From an uncultured bacterium (GTDB lineage: Bacteria > Planctomycetota > UBA1135 > GCA-002686595), in the NCBI GenBank assembly GCA_943787795.1, contig CALSNU010000003.1, forward strand, positions 64,001 to 128,000: a DNA stretch of 64,000 bases. The letters run 5' to 3'. The position numbers and the translations under genes are program-made. The notes beneath the pieces are model-generated. The model had not been told where the DNA came from, made no database searches, and was given only the letters and a program-made list of their open reading frames with translations. Below are positions 1 through 7,724 of the stretch, piece after piece. Numbering within the stretch: position 1 is the stretch's first letter; every line of letters starts with the position of its first letter.

Positions 1-1
1 G

Positions 2-967
2 GCACGACCCATGGTTGATGCCGTGGCCCGTCTCGTCGTCGATCTCCTTGCCGACGGCCTCCATGATGTCCACCTCGCCGCAGTAAGGCCACGAGACCTC
101 GTCGCGGTAGTCGTCCCCGAGCAGCCAGCCAGCGGCCCAGGTGCCGTCGGCGGCGGGGACCTTGGCGCGCATCTCGATGCGGCCCCGCAGGAAGCTCACC
201 TTGCCGCGCGTGGTCAGGCGCGCCGAGGTCCAGGCCATTCCGCCGTCGTCCGGGCGTGCCTCGATGATGAGGTTGCCGCCCTCCTGGCGAGCGTTGTCCG
301 TGTCCGCCACCGTGTAGTACTGCGGCTCGAAGTTGCCCCAGCCCCAGTTGCCCACGTCGTGGAGCCACTTCGTCTGATCAGGGAGCCCCTCGCCGCTGAA
401 TTCGTCGGCCCATACCACGGCCCACTCATCGCCCGTCATGGACTGGGTCATGGAGCGGGGGGTGATCTGCTGGGGACGGATCATGGTGAACCGCACCCCG
501 GTCACCGTCACGGCGCCCCCGTCATGGTGGAGGCGCATGCGGTGGAGCCCCGCGTCGAGGGGGGAGCCGTCCCTCGACGGGGTCAGCGCGGCCTCGGAGG
601 CGACCATGGGCCCCGTGACGTTGTAGGAGCGGCCGTCCTTGTTCCCCACGCGGTCTTCGACCCAGGTGGTGAAGCCGCCCTCCGGCCCGTCCGTGAACGT
701 GACCTCGGTGCGCCAGCGGCCGCACTCGGGGAACGTGGCCACGAAGTCGATCCACCCCGAGGCCTCGGGGTGGCGTACGCCGCCGTCTCTGGCCTCGAGC
801 GGACCCGCCGAGCTGACGGAGCCCGCGGGGAAGAGGACCTCCACCGAGACCGCGTCATCGGCCACGACCGCGGGGGTTGCCCAGGCCGGGGAGTCGGCCG
901 TGATCGCGTTGGAGGAGGGGCTGGCGCAGGAGGCCAGCAGCAGGGGAAGGAGGAGAGCGTGGCGCAT
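2..967 (-). CDS. GH16 family beta-glucanase (laminarinase-like) lipoprotein with extra N-terminal domain; 3' end runs off the window
   Basis: Not in the ORF track; translated by hand from ATG at 967: MRHALLLPLLLASC (lipobox), then W-A-L-V-W-A-D-E-F, WGWGNFEPQYY, TSARLTT, GRIEMRAKVP, GTWAAGWLLG, WPYCGEVDIME (GH16 ExDxxE catalytic motif). Confidence 0.9.
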   Translation of the reverse strand, partial: MRHALLLPLLLASCASPSSNAITADSPAWATPAVVADDAVSVEVLFPAGSVSSAGPLEARDGGVRHPEASGWIDFVATFPECGRWRTEVTFTDGPEGGFTTWVEDRVGNKDGRSYNVTGPMVASEAALTPSRDGSPLDAGLHRMRLHHDGGAVTVTGVRFTMIRPQQITPRSMTQSMTGDEWAVVWADEFSGEGLPDQTKWLHDVGNWGWGNFEPQYYTVADTDNARQEGGNLIIEARPDDGGMAWTSARLTTRGKVSFLRGRIEMRAKVPAADGTWAAGWLLGDDYRDEVSWPYCGEVDIMEAVGKEIDDETGHGINHGSC

Positions 968-969
968 GA

Positions 970-2619
970 TCAACCGATGAGCTGGGCCTCCAGCTCTTCG
1001 AGGGACTTGCCCTTGGTCTCGGGGACGACCTTGAGGCTGAAGAGGAACGCGAGGGCGGCGAAGACGCCGAAGAAGAGGAAGACGCCCGCGGGCCCGAACT
1101 CGGCGAGTCCGGAGGGGAACAGCTTCTGGACGGCGTACGAGACCAGCGAGTTGAAGAACCCCGCGGCTGAGATCGCCACGCCGCGCATGCGCGCGGGGAA
1201 GATCTCGGAGAACATCGCCCACATCACGGGGCCCAGCGAGATCGCGAAGGCGGCGATGTAGAGCAGAATCGCGGCGAGGATCAGCTTCCCGTTGACCTGG
1301 AGGGCCTTCATCGGGAGGCCCTGCCGCATCGAGCCGATGGACTCGGCGTAGGGCGTCTGGGCAGCGGCGACCTGGTCCACCGCGGCGATGAATTCGTTGC
1401 GGGAGCCGTAGCTCTCGGTGAGTGGCGCGAGCGCGGCTCTCGCCCCCTCGAGATCAGGGGGCAGCTCAGGGTTCTCGATGCCGTCCGCCGTGAGCTCTGG
1501 CCCCGCCGCGTCGAGAGCGACGCTCTCGGCGACCGCCTCCAGCTTCGCCCCGGAGAGCTGATAGCTGCCGGCGTTGAAGGCGTAGGCGTTGGTGAAGAGC
1601 GCGATCGTCATGGCCGCGGTGCCGACGAGGAGCAGAGGCTTGCGGCCCGCCCTGTCGATCAGGCGCATGGCGATCAGCGTGAAGGCGACGTTGACCAGGC
1701 CAACGTAGATGGCCTGGACCAGGGATGCGTCCCGACCTGCGCCGGTCAGCTCGAAGATCGTCGTGGCGTAGTAGAAGATCGCGTTGATCCCGGTGATCTG
1801 CTGGAAGAAGCCGAGGCCGAGCCCGATCAGCATCACCAGGCGCATCCGCGACGCGAACAGCTCGCCGTAGCCCGCGTCGCCCTGGGCGGAGCTGAGGTTC
1901 TCCCGGACCTCCGCGAGGGCAGCGTCGGCGGAGGCCTCGCCGCCGGTCTTGGCAAGGACGATGCGGGCCTCGTCGAAGCGTCCCCGGATGGCGAGCCACC
2001 GGGGGCTGCGCGGGACGAGGAGGAGGGAGGCGAGGTACAGGACCGCCGGGATGGCCTCGACGCCGAGCATCCAGCGCCACGCCGTCGGGTCCACGACCAT
2101 CGCCTCCGGATTCGCGGGCGTGGGGGCGGGGATCTTGAAGTACTGCTCGAGGAAGTAGTTCGAGAAGAACGCGGCGGAGAAGCCCAGGACGATGTTGAGC
2201 TGGTTGAACGACACCAGGCGGCCCCGCTTCTCGGGCGGCGCGATCTCCGCGATATACATCGGGGCGATCAGGAGCGCCCCTCCAACGCCGAACCCACCGA
2301 TGACTCGGGCGACCACGAGCTCGGTGTAGCTCCCTGCAAAGGCGCTCCACAAGGCCGACACGGAGAAGAGCGCCGCCGTGAAGATCAGGACTGGTTTTCG
2401 GCCCAGCGCGTCGGCGATTCGCCCAGCGACGGCCATGGCCAGGGTCGCGCCTGCGGTGAGGCATGCCACCGCGGTGCCCACCTGACCCGGGGTCAGGTCA
2501 AAGTGGCTCTTGAGCGGGTCGACGACGCCGGAGATGACCGCGCTGTCGAAGCCCATGAGGAAGCCGCCGAGGGCGACGGTCAGCGAGACCAGGAGCGTGT
2601 AGCTGGAACGATCGTTCAT
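970..2619 (-). CDS. Sugar porter family MFS transporter
   Basis: GGFLMGFDSAVISG, DALGRKP, PMYIAEIAP..RGRLVSFNQL, FQQITGINAIFYY, DRAGRKPLL, PETKGKSLEE motifs; about 12 hydrophobic segments. Confidence 0.95.
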   Translation of the reverse strand: MNDRSSYTLLVSLTVALGGFLMGFDSAVISGVVDPLKSHFDLTPGQVGTAVACLTAGATLAMAVAGRIADALGRKPVLIFTAALFSVSALWSAFAGSYTELVVARVIGGFGVGGALLIAPMYIAEIAPPEKRGRLVSFNQLNIVLGFSAAFFSNYFLEQYFKIPAPTPANPEAMVVDPTAWRWMLGVEAIPAVLYLASLLLVPRSPRWLAIRGRFDEARIVLAKTGGEASADAALAEVRENLSSAQGDAGYGELFASRMRLVMLIGLGLGFFQQITGINAIFYYATTIFELTGAGRDASLVQAIYVGLVNVAFTLIAMRLIDRAGRKPLLLVGTAAMTIALFTNAYAFNAGSYQLSGAKLEAVAESVALDAAGPELTADGIENPELPPDLEGARAALAPLTESYGSRNEFIAAVDQVAAAQTPYAESIGSMRQGLPMKALQVNGKLILAAILLYIAAFAISLGPVMWAMFSEIFPARMRGVAISAAGFFNSLVSYAVQKLFPSGLAEFGPAGVFLFFGVFAALAFLFSLKVVPETKGKSLEELEAQLIG

Positions 2620-2794
2620 GATGGCCCGGGATCTTAGTGGATCGCGGGTGCTGGCGCGTCAGTGGAGGACGGCGTCGAGGCGATGGGGGAGGCCGATGCA
2701 AGCTCCCTGGGGCTCGCCTGAGACTCGCGATCTATGAACACGCTCATCGCACCCCGGGTGGGAGCACGATGAGCGCGATCGAACTCTTCAGATC

Positions 2795-2812
2795 GCTCCC
2801 CCGAGGGGGAGC
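2795..2812 (-). terminator. Hairpin just after the stop of the 2820-4016 gene
   Basis: GCTCCCCC-GA-GGGGGAGC perfect inverted repeat a few nt past the stop codon; no clear U-tract. Confidence 0.4.
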
Positions 2813-2819
2813 TGGCGCA

Positions 2820-4016
2820 TCACTGGAAGGTGACCTCGACGCCGTCGGTGAAGTTGCTCGTCGCCGAGCCGCCCACCGCGTCGCGGTACCAGGTGGTGAA
2901 GTTCCAGGTCTCGCCGGCCTGAGCAGCGACCAGCCCCGTCGGGGTCGGCATCTGGTTCAGGTTCAGCGGGAGCGTGAAGGACCCCGCGCTGCCCGAGTTC
3001 AGGATCTGGCCCGGGCCCACGTAGCGCCCGATCGCGCCGCTGAGGCAGAGGTTGCCCTGGCTGCCGCCGGGGTTCGTGACGAAGCCCTGAACCTGGCTCG
3101 TGAGGTAGAAGCCGAACGAGTTGTTCGGGAGGCTGGAGGCGACCAGGGACATGTTGTTGTCCGCGAGGGTGAGGCTGCCGCTGGCGATGATGTTGCCGAT
3201 CACGCCGGTCGAGTTGGCCACGCCCGTGCAGTAGTTCACGCCGACGTTGCTCGAGGGCTCGCCCCGCGCGATGACGAGGTCGTCCCAGAAGAAGTGCGTG
3301 CCGGAGCCGCCGGAGTTGAGGCGAATCTCGTCCCACCGGAGGTCCCCGATGAGGCCGTCCAGGTTCGGAAGCTCGCTCGTGGGGTAATCCGCGACCGGGT
3401 CAACCCACATGCGAACGCGCTCGTCGCCCGGCTGGTGATCGATCCGGAAGACGAGCTTCGCGCAGACCGAGGCGTCCGTGCTGAAGTCGTACTCCGGGGG
3501 CAGGCCCACGCCGCCCTCGTCATCCCAGCCCCAGTTCCAGGACGAGGTTCCCCAGGGAGAGCCGAGGAGCAGTTGCTCGTTGGAGGGGTCCTGGGTGCTG
3601 AACAGCTGCACGGCGCCGAAGGAGCCGTTGCCGAACTGCTGGTACATCTGCGTCCGGAAGGAGATCCAGATGGTCGAGCCGTCGGCGCCAAAGAAGCCGC
3701 TCTCAACCACGCTTGAGTGCCCTGTCTGGTCCGGAACGCGCGCCGCCGCGACGAATTCCTGGGCCTGCCCGGCGTAGTTGCCGACGGCGTCCGCGCAGGT
3801 CATCGGCGGGTTGACTGACGGGTCAAAGATGACGACCTCGTTGCCGCCCCCGGCGGGGAGGTCCCAGGCGGTGCTCCAGCCGGTGCCTGTGTTGGCGTTC
3901 TGGAGGAGTCCCGGCGCCGTGTAGTCAAATTGCTCGACGGAGATGACGGTGACCTGAGCGGCCGCGACCGACGTGAGGCCGAGCGCTACGGGGATGATGC
4001 TTGAGAGAAACTTCAT
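2820..4016 (-). CDS. Secreted hypothetical protein with conserved C-terminal 141-aa domain
   Basis: Signal peptide MKFLSSIIPVALGLTSVAAAQ; beta-rich N-terminal part; C-terminus GVNYC...PGGSQGNLCL...WYRD...SNFTDG..V.FQ shared with 13777-14760. Confidence 0.85.
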   Translation of the reverse strand: MKFLSSIIPVALGLTSVAAAQVTVISVEQFDYTAPGLLQNANTGTGWSTAWDLPAGGGNEVVIFDPSVNPPMTCADAVGNYAGQAQEFVAAARVPDQTGHSSVVESGFFGADGSTIWISFRTQMYQQFGNGSFGAVQLFSTQDPSNEQLLLGSPWGTSSWNWGWDDEGGVGLPPEYDFSTDASVCAKLVFRIDHQPGDERVRMWVDPVADYPTSELPNLDGLIGDLRWDEIRLNSGGSGTHFFWDDLVIARGEPSSNVGVNYCTGVANSTGVIGNIIASGSLTLADNNMSLVASSLPNNSFGFYLTSQVQGFVTNPGGSQGNLCLSGAIGRYVGPGQILNSGSAGSFTLPLNLNQMPTPTGLVAAQAGETWNFTTWYRDAVGGSATSNFTDGVEVTFQ

Positions 4017-4328
4017 GGGGCGAGACGGATTGAACGAGTCGAAGAGGTTGCTAGAGGGTCGATAATCGAGCGATGGGGAGTCGATCTGGCGCGGAGCGCC
4101 TGATTGAAAAATACTCGCTCACGACACGTGATAGTGGGCGCGGCCTTCGCCCATCACGCTCAGGTCTCGAAACCGCCCCGATTTGGAGGCAAAAACTGCG
4201 TCCACATGTCGCAGTCTGGCCTGGAGGGGGCTGGGAGGCCGTCTCCTCTTTGACCGGGCTCTTGATTCGCTCTTGATTCCCGATGGGTGGGGCAAGGTCC
4301 GGCGGCGAGTCGCTAGAACCAGAGCGCC

Positions 4329-4700
4329 ATGATCCAGATGATCGACACGAACGTGCTTGGTGCCCCGCTGGCTCCATGCTGCACCGACCCCATGACGGGC
4401 TTCTTTCGAGACGGCTCCTGTCGGACGGGTCCGGACGACCGAGGGCGTCACACGGTCTGCGCGCGCGTGACCGAGGAATTCCTCCGATTCAGTCAATCCA
4501 TGGGGAATGACCTCTCAACGCCGGTCCCGGAGTACGCGTTCCCTGGCCTCAAGCCAGGCGACTGCTGGTGCCTGTGCGTGCTGAGGTGGAGGGAGGCGAT
4601 GCTGGCAGGGTGCGCTCCCCAGGTACGCCTCGCCTCGACCCACGCGAGCGCCCTCGAGCACGTGTCGCTCGAGGACCTCCAGCGCCACGCGCTGGACTGA
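4329..4700 (+). CDS. DUF2237 family protein
   Basis: NVLG..L.PC..DPMTGFFRDGSC.TGPDD.G.HTVCA..T.EFL.FS...GNDLSTP.P...FPGLKPGD.WCLC..RW pattern. Confidence 0.92.
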   Translation: MIQMIDTNVLGAPLAPCCTDPMTGFFRDGSCRTGPDDRGRHTVCARVTEEFLRFSQSMGNDLSTPVPEYAFPGLKPGDCWCLCVLRWREAMLAGCAPQVRLASTHASALEHVSLEDLQRHALD

Positions 4701-5780
4701 TCAGTCCTCTGCCCAGTTCCCGGAGGGCTGGCCGTCCCGCGAGAAGGTGCGACTCTTGCGGGAGTTGTAGACGCTGACGAAGTAGGTGCAGCGCTTGCAG
4801 ACGTCGGGGTAATCCCCGTCCTCGTGCCTCTCGATGAGCCCGTCGATGCCGGACCCCGCCCAGACCTCGGAGAGCGGGGTCTCGTTGACGTTTCCGACGA
4901 CGAGCTCCGCCTCTACGTCGCGGCATGCGCAGGCGTTGACGTCGCCGTTGGCGAGCACGACCGGCTTGGTGAAGAGGAGCTCGCAGGCGCCCCGCTTGTA
5001 CGGCATCTTGCGCGGCGTGAGGCCCACTCCGTCGAGCGCCTCGGGGGTCACCTTGCCCGCCCACGAGTCGTAGTCGGGCATGTCCGCGATCTCCACGAGT
5101 CCCTTGGACTCCAGCGCGCGGAGCCGGTCCCAGAGCTCGCCGTGGCACGCCGAGGGGGGGCAGCGCAGCGCGAGGGTGAAGGGGATCGGGGACCCGGTCG
5201 TCTCCTTGAGATTGATGAAGTCGAGCACGGCGTCCCTCGCCGCCTCGAACTTCGCGACGCCCATGATCTCGTTCCACGTCGCCGCGTCGAAGCCGCCCCA
5301 GGAGACGTGCACGTGGAGCTTCTCCGCGTAACCCATCAGGCGCTCTGACTTCTCCCGCGTCATCAAGATCGCGTTGGTGTAGAAGCTCATGGACCGGATC
5401 TCGTCGCGCGCCATGAGGTCATCGAGGCGCTCGAACATGTGCTTGTCCACGAACGGGTCGCCGACGATCGGCGTGAGCGACACGCTCCGGCCGCCCATCT
5501 CGACGTACCCGTCGACCACCTTGCGGAAGTCGTCCATGGACATCGTCGTCTTGCGGCGCTCCATCTGCGGGTAGGCGCAGAAGACACAGCTTGCGTTGCA
5601 GATGTTGGTCCCCTCCACGTGCAGCCCCCTGGGGAGCTTGCGGAGTTCCTCGAGCCTGCGACGGATCGCCTTGCGGTGGAAGAGGTGGTGCCACTCGGTA
5701 TCCACCACGTCGAGGGCGTGGCGGAGCCGCCCCCTCAGGGAGGCGGGCAGGAGAGCTCGGACCTGGCTTCGAATGGACAT
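4701..5780 (-). CDS. Radical SAM protein with SPASM/twitch domain
   Basis: CNASCVFC (CxxxCxxC), GDPF, TNA motifs; C-terminal C..LF...V.ANGDV.AC.C....VGNV...LSEVW...C..C; start taken at MSIRSQ (5780) rather than inside the upstream repeat. Confidence 0.9.
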   Translation of the reverse strand: MSIRSQVRALLPASLRGRLRHALDVVDTEWHHLFHRKAIRRRLEELRKLPRGLHVEGTNICNASCVFCAYPQMERRKTTMSMDDFRKVVDGYVEMGGRSVSLTPIVGDPFVDKHMFERLDDLMARDEIRSMSFYTNAILMTREKSERLMGYAEKLHVHVSWGGFDAATWNEIMGVAKFEAARDAVLDFINLKETTGSPIPFTLALRCPPSACHGELWDRLRALESKGLVEIADMPDYDSWAGKVTPEALDGVGLTPRKMPYKRGACELLFTKPVVLANGDVNACACRDVEAELVVGNVNETPLSEVWAGSGIDGLIERHEDGDYPDVCKRCTYFVSVYNSRKSRTFSRDGQPSGNWAED

Positions 5781-5840
5781 GCAGATGGAGTCTACCCCGC
5801 CACGGGCCTGGAATTTCTGGTGTCGCGGCTCAGTCGCTTG

Positions 5841-6078
5841 CGGGTTCCCCAGGCTCCGCACGGCTACCCCAGGCTCCGCACGGCTACCCCAGGCTCCGCA
5901 CGGCTACCCCAGGCTCCGCACGGCTACCCCAGGCTCCGCACGGCTACCCCAGGCTCCGCACGGCTACCCCAGGCTCCGCACGGCTACCCCAGGCTCCGCA
6001 CGGCTACCCCAGGCTCCGCACGGCTACCCCAGGCTCCGCACGGTTACCCCAGGCTCCGCGCGGAGCCTGCGGCGACCG
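5841..6078. repeat. 20-bp tandem repeat (about 11 copies) ending in an inverted copy
   Basis: Unit CGGCTACCCCAGGCTCCGCA repeated 5861-6060, degenerate copy at 5841; followed by CGGAGCCTGCGGCGACCG (imperfect reverse complement of the unit). Confidence 0.97.
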
Positions 6079-6321
6079 AGGGTCGCGGAGTGAGATCATC
6101 CACAGGGCGTCCCGGTCTGGGTGAGCCCTCGAGTCGAGCCACGGAATCCGCTCCACTGCGCTCGGGCTCCGTGACCCCGCGTCGCCAAGGGCGAGCAGCT
6201 GGGCGCTGGGCCCCTGGGGCCGGGCCCTGCGGGTCAGCGATTGAGACCTGATTCATGGCGCTTATCCCATGACGCTCACCTGCGGTGTCCGTCTTCGAGG
6301 TGGCCTTCCGCCCGACGTTCC

Positions 6322-6408
6322 CTGGCCTGCGGCCTCCAGGGTGCTCTGGCCTGCGGCCTCCAGGGAGCTCTGGCCTGCGGCCTCCAGGGTGCTCTGGCCT
6401 GCGGCCTC
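6322..6408. repeat. 24-bp tandem repeat (about 3.6 copies)
   Basis: CTGGCCTGCGGCCTCCAGGG(T/A)GCT starting at 6322, 6346, 6370, 6394. Confidence 0.9.
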
Positions 6409-6530
6409 TCGGCAGTGCGGGTGGCGCGGCAGGGCAGGCCCGCCCGGGAGCGAAAACGCCCCAGCAATGCAGGCAGCGCGGAGCCGTGACCGGATCCGCG
6501 CTGCCTGAAGCGTGGTGGGCCGTGACGGGG

Positions 6531-7397
6531 TCACTTCTTCGGCATGACCTGGTCGCGGAGCCAGGAAGAGGTGCACGTCTTCAGGCGCTTGTCCTTCAGG
6601 ATGGTCGCCGAGTCGCTCTTGAGGGCGTTGATCTCCACGAACTCGAGGCCCTCATTGACCTCATGGGCGGAGGCCTGGATCTCATCCGCGGCGTCGCGGG
6701 ATGACTTGGGGGCGAGGATCAGGGTGGGGAGCCCGCCCAGGTCGCCGACCCCGCCGCTGACGTCAAAGCCGAGGGACTCCTTGGCCGGATCGATGAGCAC
6801 AATCGCGCGGACGTTGTCGTCCTTGGCGGCGCGCCGTACGACGAGGGCCGCGCCAGCACCGACGCCCACGAGCGAGAGGTTGGACGCGTGGACGCCGTTC
6901 TGCTTGAGGAGGAACTTGGTCGCTGCGTCGACGTCGCGGGTGCTCATGGCCCACAGGTTCTCGCGCGCCTTCTCGTCCGCCTTCTCGAAGTTGGTGTCCT
7001 CGGTGGCGCTCGCGCCGTGCCCGCGGAGATCGAGGGTCAGGACCGCGAAGCCCTTCTTGTGCAGGTAAGCCGCCATCTCCGCGAGCTCCTCGCGGGAGGA
7101 GCCGGCGTCATGCAGCAGCATGGCGGCGGGAGCGGGGGGCGAGCTCTTGCGGCGCTTGGGCTCGTAGTAGCTGGCCGACAGGAGCTGTCGGTCCTTGGTC
7201 TCCAGCGAAACGGAGTTGGAGGAGTCAATTCCCGCAGCGGCGGCCGTCGCCAGCGGCGCGGCGGCGGTGGGCAGGAGCGGCGCGGTGGCTCTTCCGAACG
7301 GATCGACGGGGCCAGACGGAACGACGGGGCCAGACGATGCGACAGCAGCGACGACCAGGGCGAGGCTCGGGAGCATGAAGTGAAATCTGCGGGGCAA
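6531..7397 (-). CDS. Secreted alpha/beta-hydrolase-fold protein, catalytic serine absent
   Basis: Signal peptide; AAMLLH, GFAVLTLDLRGHGAS, D V.AA..FL, VRAIVLIDP; the nucleophile elbow reads GVGAG instead of GxSxG. Confidence 0.85.
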   Translation of the reverse strand: MPRRFHFMLPSLALVVAAVASSGPVVPSGPVDPFGRATAPLLPTAAAPLATAAAAGIDSSNSVSLETKDRQLLSASYYEPKRRKSSPPAPAAMLLHDAGSSREELAEMAAYLHKKGFAVLTLDLRGHGASATEDTNFEKADEKARENLWAMSTRDVDAATKFLLKQNGVHASNLSLVGVGAGAALVVRRAAKDDNVRAIVLIDPAKESLGFDVSGGVGDLGGLPTLILAPKSSRDAADEIQASAHEVNEGLEFVEINALKSDSATILKDKRLKTCTSSWLRDQVMPKK

Positions 7398-7724
7398 CGA
7401 AGCACCCGCTGATCGGCAGCCCTCAGGGCGCCTGCATCATCGGGTGGTGGGGGATCAGTTGGAGAAGCTCGTCCCGGAGGGGAGCGTCGCGGGCGAAGAC
7501 CATACCAGACCTCACCGGGCGATTGCCTCCACTAGGCACGCTCCATCCGCGCGGGTACCCACCGATCTGTCACTTTTGGCCGGTAATCCACCTCGGGGAC
7601 AGTTTCCGGACGGGCTCCGACCGGGTTCCGAATGCCTGGGGCTCCGCTCGACCCGAACCCGCGCCCGGCCTCGGGGGCCGTTTCGAGACGAGCCCTCTGG
7701 GCAAGGCCTGGGCTCACCGCAGGA

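Noticed and set aside
11..1261. 416-aa plus-strand ORF
   Set aside because: Antisense shadow of the GH16 and MFS genes, typical of high-GC DNA.
4150..4230. c-di-GMP-I riboswitch (GGCAAA.../GACGCA-like words)
   Set aside because: Motif order and the GNRA tetraloop/receptor arrangement do not match on either strand.
5841..6060. CRISPR array or repeat-encoded protein (PQAPHGYPRLRTATPGSARL ORFs)
   Set aside because: Units are contiguous with no spacers and no cas genes are nearby. The plus-strand ORFs are open only because the unit lacks stops, and they overlap the radical SAM gene antisense.
6262..6576. ORF with LEAAGQST x3-4 as a RiPP precursor for the radical SAM enzyme
   Set aside because: The peptide repeat is just the 24-bp VNTR. 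The ORF starts inside the upstream gene, has no RBS and lacks typical leader or core residues.
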